A stretch of 63,994 nucleotides of DNA, the filler included, from Dirinaria sp. TL-2023a (Eukaryota), in the NCBI GenBank assembly GCA_051941275.1. It is 5 parts of 5 records of this genome, joined end to end, with 100 filler letters (N's around TTAATTAATTAA, not from the genome) between each part and the next. Parts side by side here need not be neighbours in the genome. Positions count along the whole stretch, not along the records: positions 1 to 12,808 come from JAVEBF010000738.1; positions 12,909 to 25,714 come from JAVEBF010000739.1; 3 more parts are not named here. One strand, 5' to 3'. Each line of letters begins with the position of its first letter. Position 1 is the stretch's first letter. The position numbers were made by a program, and so were the translations under genes. The notes under the pieces are model-generated. The model was not told the origin of the DNA, made no database searches, and saw nothing but the letters and a program-made list of their open reading frames with translations. Shown piece after piece: positions 1 through 13,094 of this stretch.

Positions 1-732
1 GGCTTGGCGCGGGTCGTGCGCCCAGTGTACGACGTCACTATATATCTTGGCTAAGTCTATGTCACGGTTTCATAGTTGTTACCTAGAACGAATATCCCCG
101 TGACAGGTCTTGGCAGAATTCGCTTATCGTTCTTGGCGTATGTTATTCTTGAGATTGAAAGTTCGAGTTCGCTTATCGGCAATTGCGATGTCTGAGCTTA
201 AGCGACACAGCCCAGGGGTTCTTAAACCCCCTTATCCTTCATAGATTGCTTCTTTTCTCTTTTCTTCTTCGTGGTTTGTCTTGTATAATAATCTTGATCT
301 AAGTCAAGTAATCCTTGTCCAAGCTCGCTCTCGTGACATGACTATGGTAGCTTCGCTAAGGTATCCAGAGGCTCTTCTTCAGGGTTCAGGGTTCAGGGGA
401 TCATGTGACCTAGTCATGTGATAAGGTCCATGGAGATCTGGTTCATGACATTGTGGTTGTGCGAAACAAAAGACGTAGAAGTGAAATGGGATTTTCAATT
501 TTCAGTTTTGGGTTTTGGGTTTTGAATTTTGGATTTTGAGTTTTGATTTTTTGCCGGAAGTCAGGTTTGGTCGTCCGTACATCTCGATGATACGATTTCT
601 ACCGCTTTAAACTAACATTCTTTCGTGCAAGACGTTCTCGCAAAAAAGAATCTTGAAATTAGGACTCACTGAACATTCTTGACAGTATAAAAGGCAATCC
701 ATAGAAGATCATTGCGACATAATTTTAGAAAC

Positions 733-872
733 CCGACTTGCTGCCTAATCTAAGGTACCTTCCCGTGGGTGGCAAGTTGATGTGTCCGAGTGATAGTCTT
801 GGATGGTCTCCGCGGCGACTCCTAATCAAATACACTTGCGGCATTGACCGCGCTAGCCAGAGCTTAAACTGT
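733..872. repeat. Copy of a short dispersed repeat (MITE-like), homologous to 31161-31269
   Basis: 764-872 aligns ungapped to 31161-31269 (about 65% identity by hand count, mostly transitions) with an identical 20-mer GCATTGACCGCGCTAGCCAG (841-860 = 31238-31257). 733-780 is an imperfect palindrome centred on the TA at 756-757. Confidence 0.6.
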
Positions 873-1179
873 GGTAGGTAGATTTATCGTCATGGTTCGC
901 AGGGAAATAAGTACAGGTGTTTGGCTAATTGTCGTACTCACACATATTATATAGATTCAAACTAATGGGATATAAAATTAGAGTTCCCAACGTTTCATGC
1001 CATACCATATCGACTGCTCCCTTTTATTGTGCTGTGACAAGTTGACTATGGACAGACATCCTGTTGATTGCTCTGCCGTCAATTTACCATGTGCCCGATA
1101 GCGACAATCCTGGCGATTCATGATAAGTGATTGCCGATGATTAGACTAGGCGAAGATGTTTTGGGTACTGCTTCTACGG

Positions 1180-3241
1180 CTATGCATTTGAAATTTTGTA
1201 TTTTGCGCTCGGGTCATTTGACACAGGTACAAGCGTGGTTGGCACTACGGCGCCCGGAGGTGCATACCCTCCAACGTCTGTCGCCGCAGCGGCAACCTGG
1301 ATCCAGAAGTCGCAGACGCTCTTCTTTGTATCTTGATCGGTTTCCAGCATGAATCCAAGATCGGTAGCATCAAGGACTCCAACCAACACATCTCCTGTGT
1401 TGTCAGGCTTTGGCCATGAAATCGCCCGGGGAATATTGATGGTCTTGCTGTACTTGTTCGGATCACCACTCCTAGCGTGAGACACAAGGTAGGACTGATA
1501 TGTCTGTGCAAAAGAACCGAAGCCCGGAATCAACGGAATGGACGTACCATTTGCTAGGGTTTGCGCATCAACATTGAGATTGTAGAAGGTCGGCAAGAGG
1601 TCTGTAGCGTGCAGGCCAGGAGTTACTGAGTACTGAAGATTGTAAGTTTTACCGCTGTAGGCGTCGGAGAGATAGCGGACGTTGCAGTAGAAAGAGGAGT
1701 CCCCTAGCAGTGCTTTGACGCGGTCACGCTCCGTTGTGTAATTATGGACTGTGCCGGACATCACTGGTGGATAGTGAGCTTCGATCGCAGTATTGATGCC
1801 CGCGGCTCTCGCATATGGCGGGAAAATCACGTCTACAAATTTATTGAAGTCCTTGTCGGTTTGAACATTGTTAGGAATGAAGAGATCGGGTTCGCTTGAC
1901 ACGTGTGATAAAATGAGGGACGATACATCTTTGTAGAAGTTTCCTAGCTGGTGTGAGTAATTGAATGTTGACAGGATGTCCGTGCGAGTCACCTGATGTG
2001 TATTCAAGCACACCTAATTGGCGTATCAAGTTCCCGTCTGGGGCAGGCCCGACGGCAAACGTCCCTTCAGCGGCTTGCTCATTGAGCTTCGTATTTGCTT
2101 CGTTCAGTGTCTGAGCGCTCGCAGATCGTAGACAGGCGACACCTTGCCCATCACACCCAGCTAGCGCAGTGAAATTTTGGAATGTTTGCTCCAAGGTCCC
2201 CTTTCGGTCAAAAAGCAACTCGAAGGCAGGGCTTTGCATCACAGCTCTGGAGAAGAGAGGGTCTTGAGTACCCCCGAAGGATACTAGTTGATGAAATATC
2301 GACCCAGCGCCAGCCGACTCACCCCAAGCACTGACTTGCGATTTTTCGCCGCCTAAGAGACCAATATAATCTTGGATCCATTGCAAAGCTGCACGTTGGT
2401 CGTATAAACCTGCGTTTGGCAAGCCTTGCTCTTCCATGGTAGTCCCGGCAAGGAAGCCATAAGCTCCGACCTAAGCCGCTTCAGCTGATGATCAAACAGG
2501 TCTCGCTACACTGAGTGACGTACCCGATAATTGCTGGCTACGAAGATGACGTTTCCATCCGACGCTTGGATTGGGCCAGTGCCATCGTAGAAGGGCAAGA
2601 CAGGCTCAAAGGAGTCTTTGCCACCGAAGATATATGCTCCGCCAAAGAACCAAGAAATGACTGGCAATCGAAGCGCAGGATTTTGAACCGCTTTTGCCGG
2701 AACATAAACATCGAGAAACAAACAATCTTGGAAAGTGGCAATCAGACTGAGACCCCGTGTGATAGATGCAAAATAGTACCTTCAGAAGCCGCAGTAAATG
2801 ACGGCACAGGTATTCCACCCAGATATTGGTTGAAGGCTTGCCCAACCGGTGAATTTGCGCCCGCACCTGTGAGCTGTGGGCCTTTGAGAGGTGCCTGGAT
2901 GCAAACCGGCCCATAAGATCCGTCTTGCACACCATTCTGCTGGGCAGGAGGTGCTGGCTTTGCCCATCTCAGGTCTCCGGTAGGCGGTGCTGCGAAACGG
3001 ATATTTTTGAACACGTAGAGCTGTCGAGCGTTAGGCACAAGCTTCTATGCCAGAACCCATGGTTTTTGAGTCTCACATCTCCATTCGCAATGTAGCTCTT
3101 AGCCTGATAGGTGCCGTAGGGTAGTTTCAAGACTGGGAGAGCGCCAGCTCGCTTGTCGAACGTTAGACCTAACTCACGCGGAGCTGCTAAACACAATGAT
3201 GCCAGTAGCGAGAGCAGCAGATTAAAATATTTAAGTGACAT
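1180..3241 (-). CDS. Secreted type-B carboxylesterase/lipase (alpha/beta hydrolase), multi-exon
   Basis: Signal peptide MSLKYFNLLLSLLASLCLAA; FKNIRFAAPPTGDLRWAKP; oxyanion region FFGGAYIFG; NAGLYDQRAALQWIQ; nucleophile elbow WGESAG; GLHATDL His motif. ORF pieces are joined by introns. Confidence 0.92.
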
Positions 3242-5569
3242 ATTGAGTGTCTTATAATGCGATTTCTGGCTGGACACTCCTAGAGCAATGTCGTTGGACC
3301 GCCATGCTGCTTTCAATATATGCGTACTTATGTGACTCGTGGGCCTCGGTATGATGATGGGATCATCATACCGGCGTCCTCGTGGACGGACATTGGCGAC
3401 TTAATTGAACTCAATGTCGCCACGATAGCTCCGTCTGCGCAAAGCAAAGCCACGACGGCAGCGAATAAATGAGCAACAATTAAGAGTGGCTCTCAAAATG
3501 TCGGAGGCAGGTTCTGTATCCGGTAAGGAGCTGCAGTAGAGTAGATGGAAGACCGAGGCTCGGCGCCCGCGAATCGTCATCTCCTCTTTCGAAGTTGCAT
3601 GACAGGGGTTGATCAGATCGAGCACCCTATGCTAGGCCAAGCTTGATTGGTGCAAGCCGCATGAGATCGTAGCACCAATTAGCTCTCAGCCATTATCCGA
3701 ATGTAGAATCGTTCAATCTGCGTGGCGCGCATAGGCCGCATAGGTGGACACCCCAAGCTGGAAGGAAGAGGCGCACGCACCCCTATGCGACTAGGAGAAC
3801 GCCGTACGGGGGACCTCGTAGATCAATATTCACGACTGCAGGCAGAACTGCGGGTGACCTAAAACAGAGGCCGAAAGGCATCGTCCCGAGCCGCAGACAC
3901 CGCAGATGCTCTGGCTATCAGAATTAGAAGTCCTGGTCGACAACTCGCCCATATCTGTACTGTACTGTACACGTTTGCTTGCGATCCAGTCAGCCCACTC
4001 TTGACCTTGCAGTCTGTTTAGCGCCATGCCGCCTCGCATCTGTTGCTTCCAGTGCTCCTCTACCGTCCGCATGCCGACAGCTATAGTATTGATATTAGAT
4101 GAGGAGCCATTGGGATACCTAGGTGGAACACATCGGCTTCATCTATTATATTATAGGCGATTCAGGGTAATGACCTTGATGTTGAGCTACACTGAGTCAG
4201 AAGCAGGAGATTGAGACACCACGCAGAATGACAATGAAATTGGTGTCGCTGTCTACAAGCAAGACATGCCTGATCTGATCCGTAAGAGTATATTTTGGTG
4301 AGAGACCAGATAGCGTGCTCTGCGCAAGGAATGCTTTCTGGACGAGGGCATAGGAGGATCAACTCAGAGTAGCGATTCCGAAAGAAGGGAGCTTCAGGTT
4401 GGACCGTAGCATGGGCAAACTATGATTGATGTGAGTCGGCGATATAGGACTTTATGGATCGTACATGACGGACGAGTAGGCGTTTCGTACTTTCACAGTC
4501 AGCTTCAAAATCCCAATATTTCATTGCTACCATCCTGATAGCCATCATCGGTGCAGCAGCCTTCAAATAGATAACAGCGATGATGAGCCTTAATCAGGCG
4601 TGGTTCGAGCCATGAAACAAGCCATTATCTATCATCGAGAGCGTTCTGAGCCTGCTGATATTACTTTGAAACCTGGAACCAACCTGCCAGCTCTTTCACT
4701 CCTGGATCCGATAGGTTGCGCGATTGGGCGGACATTCCATAGAGAACGATATCATCGATGAGGTTGGCTCAGGATTGACAATCGCAGAAGGATAGTAGCG
4801 GACCGAGTACAGCAGTGGTAGTCTCCTTATGAGTGCCTGTTCCTGATCCTCCCCAGCCACCCGCACCCTCCCATCGAGCTACTGCCGCTAGAGTAAGCCA
4901 CCGAACCATTCTAACCGCCGAACCACCGACGGGACCTTTTAGATCGTCGACACGATACTGTATGGGGTATTTTCGGCATCGGTATCAGCATATCCCGTGG
5001 TCAACACATGCCACTTCCTTTCGCAAATCACTGCAAGGAATAGTGGGAAGCTTGTTGACCTTCTTGATCGCACAACCCAAAACACAGCTCTCCGAGAACA
5101 CTGGGGATATGCCTCCTTTCTGTGTCCATCTCCGTGCTGCATGCATATCAGACAGCAGATCCGTCTTCAATGATATGTATTGAATCATATCTTTGGACGC
5201 CCATTACCAGCTCCCAGACAACCAGAAGCTTCAGAGCTCTAAAGTGAGTTTCCCCAAAAGCTGTTGCCTTGAATTTTCCCTTGCACCAAACACTCTGTAG
5301 GGAGAGTCCCCTGAAGATAAAAGGCTCGAGTCGATCTCTCAGAGCCTGGAGCTCGATATTGCAGTTTCGGGTATCATGTACGAGGTGATCTCGGTCATTG
5401 TCAAGCTCAACTCCTGATAAACCACTTTTCTTTGCGCGACTTCTGCCATCGGAAGTTCTTAGCCTTAGTCATTTTACTGACGATGGCTAGCTATATAGCT
5501 CACAGCATCGCAGTGAGTTCAAACTGTTGAGCACTGTGGACGTCACAAGCCTGCCATCCACAATTCACT

Positions 5570-8500
5570 ATGTCTGGTCCATACCATCCTAGTGATGACC
5601 ACAGTACAGAGGATCCTCCAGGACCGTCACTGACCCGTAGATTCGGGGATCAGACCATGGTGGAAAAAGACGAGACTGAGTCAGACTTTACAAGAAGCGA
5701 CACTGACAATGAAATGGAAGACGAGGACAAGAACCAAGAAATACCGCCTCTCCAGAGTTCCAATCAGAATGAGAATCATCGTGACACGATCTATACAATG
5801 CGTGGATCCGTAGACGACGCCTTTTCTAGCCCCTTGAGGCGCGAACCGCGTGAAGACTTTGGCCGCTCCTCCTTCCATCAGAGCAATAGAAGTTACGAAC
5901 GAAACTTTCACGATGTTCTTGACATCGTTCGGCGGCATTTGAATCCTGAAAATGGAAGCATGGCGTCTGTTTCTTCCCCGACCGCTAGCCGCCCTGCTCG
6001 GCGTCGACGGCGTTCTGAGACTCGGGAAAACGTGGAAGGAGAGAGTCGTGGCGGGCATTCGCAAGCTGTGCAAACACCGAACTTACCAGACATACATTAT
6101 CCCCAGCAGCAACCAGATTCATCGATTGCAGGTCCTTCGAACCATATAGATAGCAATAGCAACAATTCGAGGCCTCGGTCACAAGGTTCTGCCCCAGCGT
6201 CAGGCTTATCAGCCCGTGGTGTACGGATGGATTCTTTCTCCCGGACCGTCGTCAGCGAGGATCTGTTCGCAGACGAGAATCCGCAATTGCACGACCGAAA
6301 GAGACGTCGAATTGAACAAGATGACGATGGTCAGGATATGAATGATGCAGGCTCGAGCTCTGTTAGAAGCCGTCGAGTGCCTCGTGGTAAGTTCATATCA
6401 AATTTATGTTGGCATTGTGACCTGCTTTCTGAACTGTCTAGGCCGCCAGCAATCACACAGCACCCTTCAATCGTACGGGAATACAAGTCAGCCGAACATC
6501 CGTGGTGAGAGGCGCTCCGAGCTTGGGAACACTAGGCGGACACGTCGGCCGCTGTCACCACCCGGTCACGTGGTGCCCGCACAAACCAATGTTAGCCGAG
6601 ATTCCCCCTTAAATTTCGAGCCTTCAAGGATTGTTTACCTCGCCGAACTGATTCCACGCCATATACGCTGGAAAGTTTTGCCAGTACTTCGTCGACACGC
6701 TCCATATTTGCCTGTGGCAATCACTGCACCTGTGTATCAAGCCCACTACCCCTTTTCTCGACAAGGTATCACTATGTCAGCAATACGGGCTCGCGCTTCC
6801 CTACCAGTTGAAGTCTTTGAGAAAATCGGTGCTTTGCTCTCGCGTGATGACCTACTACGTATGCGTTTGGTCAATCATGAGTTTGAGAAGAAGATTTCAG
6901 GCTACGTCTTCAAGTCTGTCGTAGTGCCTTTCAAGCCTGATCTCTACGGCATGTCGATCGCAGGCACCGGGAGAATTGCGCTCCGTCCAAGCAAAGTGGG
7001 AAACGACACAGGTAAGAGCATCGTTCCCAACCTTTTGAGATCACGAGTAGCCTACTCACCTTGAATCTTCAGATGGACATACTCCTGATCAAGCTCCCGA
7101 TGGTATGGAGATATTCAAATCGTGGGGACATCACATCAAGAAATTCGCCATGTCCTTCGATATCGACCAAGGTAAGCGTTTGCTCCCTCTAAATACCCTT
7201 GTTTTAGTGTCTCCATATCGAAGCGCTCCTTGCGAGGCGTACATGAGCTAACTCTACGCAGAAACGCTCACAGAACCTCCACACAAAGGTCCCTATCACA
7301 AAGAGAAGGCGTTCTGGGGTCAGTATGATTGGCCCCATCCCGACTACAGCCGTTTTACGTCTTTAGCATTAATGGAGAGCAAAGCAGATGAAACACGCTG
7401 CATGACTATTGCCTTGTCGACCTTGGACTCCGTGACCGAGCTGGGACTTTCTGTAGATTCTGGGCTTGGCTGGATGCAGGGTCCTGATATCTCAGACCGC
7501 GCGGCTACGTTCCAAACCCCAGTCAAGATCTTTGGCACCAAATATGCTCTCCCTAGTGACAAGGATATTCATTCCCGGAGGCTATGGGCAATGGTAAGAC
7601 GAGACAAGAACAATGACGAGCGAGAGACGTTCCAGACGGTGTACAACACCAGCAGCGACGAGAGAGCCCCGAGCGTCCTTTGGGCACCGGCGCATCCACA
7701 TCCAACATATGAGCCGATGATTTTCAAGGGAGAGGATTTGGAAGATTTGAGCCAGGCAGCCGCGCAGGAGCGAACGAACTGGCATCCTCGTTCCAAGAAT
7801 CCATTCATGTCAGACCCCCTCATTCCGAACCGTTTGCGGGAGGTTCAGATTCAGTGGTTATTGGAGAACCAGTGGGCCCAGAAGGCATTCCTTACAAGTT
7901 TCTCCCTCGCCTTGATTGACAACGCCGCTACATTCCAGCACGTTCGAACGCTTAACATCGCCAAGCTGTCCAGCAGATACATTATCGATGTGAAGCGTGA
8001 GGATTTCTGGTCTGCTCTTCCACAACTCGAGAAGCTCATACTCTTCATCTCCCCCGATTGGCGCGAGGTTAGCAAAGCCAGCGGGATCGTCCACGATGCG
8101 GCAATTGTCCCTTCTGGAGCCGTTGGAGCCTTTTACGACCTATTGGATGCTTGCATAAAAGACCGCAAAAATCTTGTCAGTCTGGACCTTGGCTGGGTTG
8201 GTGGAGGAGAGCGAGCAACAGGCATGTTTGCACGCAACAGGAACGTTCTGCCAGCACCGGTGCTCGACATTAACGTTGGACGCAACACCGCCGAGCTAGG
8301 TTGCAAGATACTAAATCTCCCTTACGTGAAGAGTCTAAGCCTCACAAACTGCTGGTTCGTGCCTGACTCGTTGAAGGACTTTACCAAGAGTATGCAGAAC
8401 GCTAGCCTGGAAACCTTGAAACTGGAATCAGTGTCGTTGATTGCGGCTCCTGGAGCTTCAGATGCAGCGGATAATGCTGGTAATGCCGGGCAAGCAGCAC

Positions 8501-9285
8501 TGCCTGGTGGACAAGTACTACTACCTGGAGGACAAGTTGGATCAATGGGTGGCCAAGCGGCAGCTTTTGCCAATGCGCTTGCCAGGATCAACCAACACAA
8601 TCTCGCGGCCCACGCCAATGCTGGGATTGCCCCAATCTTGAGGCAAAATGTAGATCCTGCGCATATCCAACCTCAGGAGATCTTAAGGGGCACAGCACCT
8701 CCAGGAGGTCATTTGGGCGACCCAAATTCCAACCCACCGCTCGAGCCAACTTCGTCTTCCCTCAGCAATAAGCAGCGAGAGGGCTCGTGGCCCAAAGTCA
8801 TTGACGAAATTACCCCGGGTCTCACAATCGATCACCAACGCTACCTGCACAATCTTGAGGAGGAGTGTCCCAAGGCTCACGAGTCGGGCTCGTTACGTCG
8901 CATCGACTTCGTCTCCTGTGGGTACGTTCGGCTCAGATACATGAGGTCCTTCAATCAGGAGGCCATCCCCCACGTGATGACGGACGTTCCCATTTGCCTA
9001 ATGCACCGCCAAGCCAATCTCAACAATGTCATGATGTCTGCCCGTCTTGACCCGCTTCTGGGGCAAATCGTCCCAATCATGGCCAAGCATGAGAGTGATA
9101 CTCTGCAATTCGCTTTTGGGATGCACTTGGGATGGGATGAGACTGACATGAGCAAATATTACAATCGTGAGGACGCTCAGCCAGTCGGTGGATCTGGTCG
9201 CTTCTCGGGAGTGGTGAAAAAAAGCGAAGACAGTCAAGCAGTCCACCAAGCACTGTCAAACTGCCAAATCACGGACGGCAACTAA
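5570..9285 (+). CDS. F-box domain protein with disordered N-terminus and LRR-like C-terminal region (4 exons)
   Basis: F-box LPVEVFEKIGALLSRDDLLRMRLVNHEFEK; GT-AG introns at about 6387-6440, 7012-7072 and 7172-7261; repeated LxxLxL motifs (LPQLEKLIL, VKSLSLTNC, LETLKLESV). Confidence 0.82.
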
Positions 9286-9784
9286 CTAACTTCTCCCCTT
9301 TCTTGTTGTGTTGCTTTCTTATTGCGGAAGATACCCCCTGGCCATTCGCTATGTGGCGATGACTACCAGCGGCATTGAGCTCAGCTACATTTGCTATTCC
9401 CTCCCTGTAGATATCACTGCTGCTCACATAGATAACCTAGTCGTGTACAAATGACTTGAGCATTCCCATATCTGCCTCAATGAACAACTAAAGTGAAACG
9501 TTGCCGCCTAGTTGTACCGAAATCGATCTTAAAGCTGGAGTATTTGCACACCCGTCTTTGCGTGAAAGGGTGTCTATAGTGTACAAAAACCTTACACCCA
9601 TCACCCCTATCTTTCTAGGAGTTGCATGTGCACCCGAATTCTACTATTTGCAGCTGCACCGTCTTAGAAAACTGTCTATGATCACGCATGGTTAGGTTGA
9701 GACCGATCTACTAGGGAAGAGCAGCCGCAAGTAATGGTAAGTGGTATCTAGCGCACCTATGCTACTACTTACTCCTCTTCCAAA

Positions 9785-10659
9785 TCATGCATCGGCTTCC
9801 CCAGACGCTATAGCCCGCCTGACCCTCGCGCCGCGTTGCCTCGAGTTGATGCGTACCTTCTCCCTCGTCACCGCCTGCGGGCTCTTTTGCACCACCTCCT
9901 CGCCTTCGGTCAGGATAAGCTCAATGTGACAAGGATTTGACATGTAAGGATTAATCTACCCCAATTCGCAAATCAGCCTTGCAGTTCGTTCACACCTTCG
10001 CTAGTTCCCATCTAGGCAGCGAACCGGCACGAGAGGAGAGACGTACACGACCATGAGCACGATAAGTGCGACGACGCTGCTTGGGCGCTTGATTGACCTG
10101 GATGTGTTTAATGATCAGATTGCCGGTGTCAAGACCTTTGGTGTCGGCATTTGCTTCCGCGTTTTTGAGCAGCGAAAGCAGAAATTTAGCCGACTTCTGG
10201 GGCCAGCGGGCGCGTGAGACACCGAATTGTTTGCCTGCAAGTGTTCACATCAACAACCTCGCCCCGCCTTTGGTGGACTCAAAGCTCCAGCTTACCTTGT
10301 GCAGTGCGACCGGTGCTCCCCGCGTACCGCCTCATGGGCACGGCCTCTTTCTTCTCGATTACATTGTCAAGATAGGTCAAGGCGCGCTGCAGTTTCCAGC
10401 CGTTGATCGCTTGGGCAGTCTCACGGGTGTTCTTGAAGGAGACTCGCAGGTAGGCACCCCGGGCACGGGCGGACTTCCCGGACTCGATCTCAGTGGCTGC
10501 GTAGCGAACCTAAATCAGGATGGAGAGTGTTAGCTGGTGCAATTGAAATGTTGCTTGGAGAAATAAGATGCATTGTAACCCTCGGCCACATGCAGAAGAA
10601 AGGAGAGACATAGAACCAGACACTTGAAGGATGGCCTTGTAGAGATCGATACTCACCAT
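9785..10659 (-). CDS. RPL17: 60S ribosomal protein L17 (uL22)
   Basis: ATG-only first exon followed by a GTGAGT intron; [49 protein letters not shown] motif; ends [15 protein letters not shown]. Confidence 0.96.
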
Positions 10660-11196
10660 GTTGTAGACTGATCTCCAGTCGTTGATTTGGTCCTTAATAG
10701 ACGCTGATGATAGATGATGTCTCGATTGCCTTCGGTTGTGCGAAATAATTAAGCGAGTGCCGGTCGGTGCGCTAAACAAGTTGGGTCTAGTGCAGATCTA
10801 AAAAGCTAAAGTAAAGTAGGTAAGCATTTATTCCCTACCTTACAGACAATTTTGTTGATAGCGGAGCACACAGAGCAAGCAAAGATTTTCCCACAGAAAT
10901 CAAGAATTTACCACAGATCAATCAATGCACCCATACTAGCCCAGACACTGGCCAACATGCAGTACAGTAAGCTGTTCAAAATCTTTAGGACCTAGCTATT
11001 GGTATCCCTTACGATGGGACTGTTAACAAACTTTAAGGCAGAAATTCGATCGAATCGTATAGCTCCTAAAGCTGCCTCCAACTTTACCTTACGACTAAAT
11101 TTAATTGAAAAGAATCGGTTGTTATCAATTTTCTAAGACGGTGTGCGCTTACCGCAATCTTATTCAACCTATTCCGCGACGTAAAACTATCTTCAG

Positions 11197-12386
11197 ATGG
11201 CATACACTCCCAGAGGCCGTGGTGGGGGAGATCGCGGTGGATTGAGAGGCGGCCGGACCGGCGGAGACCGAGGTGGGATGAGAGGTGGAAGAGGGGGTAG
11301 CAGAGGTCAGTCCCGAGAACTTCATAGACGCCATTGAAGTCGAGCGTCCGCACCTGCCGGACCGTGACTGACGCAGATAGGCGGTTTCGGTGACCGTGGA
11401 GGTAGGGGCGGCGCGAGAGGGCGCGGAGTATCAAGAGGAGGTGCTCGGGGTCGTGGAGCGCCACGAGGGGGCCGCGGCGGTGCAAAGGGCGGCGCTAAGA
11501 CCATTATTGTGAGCTTGTGCCTGTCTTTTTTTCCCCACAAGTCTGATAATTGACCAGCGCTGCCATAGGAACCTCATCGTCATCCGGGCGTCTTCGTCGG
11601 TCGTGGAAAGGAAGACTATCTTCTCACCAAAAATCTTAAGCCTGGGGAATCCGTTTACGGTGAGAAGCGTATCTCTGTAGAGTCCTCCGCTCAACCAACA
11701 GCCCTCACGAATGGCACAAACGTCGACCTACCCGCTACAAAGACGGAATACCGTGTTTGGAACCCTTTCCGTTCAAAGCTCGCTGCTGGTATCTTGGGGG
11801 GACTTGACGATATCTTCATTAAACCGGGCGCAAAAGTCCTTTACCTTGGCGCTGCATCAGGCACATCAGTTTCCCACGTCGCAGACATAGTCGGGCCCGA
11901 AGGCACCGTTTTCGCAGTCGAGTTTTCACACCGCTCCGGCCGCGACCTCATCAACATGGCCACTCACCGGACGAACGTCATCCCCATCATCGAAGATGCT
12001 CGCCATCCTCTCCGATATCGTATGCTGGTGTCGATGGTCGATGTCATATTTGCGGATGTGGCGCAACCAGATCAGGCACGGATCGTTGGATTGAACGCAC
12101 ATTTGTATCTGAAGGTGGGCGGGGGCATCGTGGTCTCGATCAAGGCGAACTGTATCGATAGCACAGCAGCTCCAGAGGCGGTGTTTGCAAGAGAGGTGCA
12201 GAAAATGAAAGAAGAGCGCATCAAGCCCATCGAGCAATTGACGCTCGAGCCTTTCGAGAGAGGTGAGTTGTCCCGAAGCCCTTACAAGATACATGGGCTG
12301 GTGCATCTTTGCCATCTAGTGGATGCTGATGATTTCTTACAGACCACTGTATCGTTGTTGGCCGCTATGTCCGCTCAGTTACATAA
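11197..12386 (+). CDS. NOP1: Fibrillarin, rRNA 2'-O-methyltransferase
   Basis: RGG-rich GAR N-terminus; [62 protein letters not shown]; three introns. Confidence 0.97.
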
Positions 12387-12808
12387 GGTAACGATTAGGT
12401 GCTACTCTACATATTTAGTTCAATGGTTTCTCACATCACATGTACAAATCCGACAGACCGTAAGGTAGTTTCCAAGCTTAAGTTCATCTTGCTCAGTCTA
12501 TCTGCAAGTACTCATTGTACCTCCTAAGCCGATATTTTGGAACTTACATGCTGTTTCCAAATTTTCTTTACTGGCTGCTCTTAGATTTCCCACCGGTAAT
12601 GAAGGATTCAATGTCAAAGCTGGCACAGTGGGTACGCAGTAGTTTCTCCTCTACATGCCATCATCATAAATCTCGTCGTCTTACCTGCATCCCTGAGTCG
12701 CCCCGGTAGAGCTTGAGGCAAGGAAAAATATATAGGAAACCGCATTCTTTCATGGTCTGTCCACTGGTGTTCTGTTGGACATCTGCTTTTCAAACTCCCC
12801 CCCTTTCT

Positions 12809-12908
12809 NNNNNNNNNNNNNNNNNNNNNNNNNNNNNNNNNNNNNNNNNNNNTTAATTAATTAANNNNNNNNNNNNNNNNNNNNNNNNNNNNNNNNNNNN
12901 NNNNNNNN
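12809..12908. other. Artificial contig linker N44-TTAATTAATTAA-N44
   Basis: 100-nt spacer with stops in all six frames; identical at four places in the window. Confidence 0.98.
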
Positions 12909-13094
12909 ATCACAACCCTTCTTTAAACCAACCCCCCCCCCTTCCACAAATTTATATTCCTCTTCTTCTCATTATTCATGTACGATGGATATATTCTCAA
13001 AGCGCAGCTTCCTTTCAGGTGTTTAAAAAATCGGTGAAATATATATCGAAATATCAAAATATGAAATCTTTCAACAACGATTGTATAAAAATCC

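Noticed and set aside
378..550. Telomere-like repeats (CAGGGTT, TTTTGGG)
   Set aside because: Too few units, degenerate, and not TTAGGG arrays.
4579..4650. Possible box C/D snoRNA (ATGATGA...CTGA)
   Set aside because: No convincing terminal stem and no rRNA-complementary guide that I can recognise.
3400..5500. Short ORFs and an intron-like GTGAGT...TAG (about 5244-5299) between the esterase and F-box genes
   Set aside because: No coherent gene model could be built; it may be a 5' UTR intron.
12853..12864. TTAATTAATTAA as a biological repeat
   Set aside because: Always centred in N runs; a synthetic six-frame stop linker.
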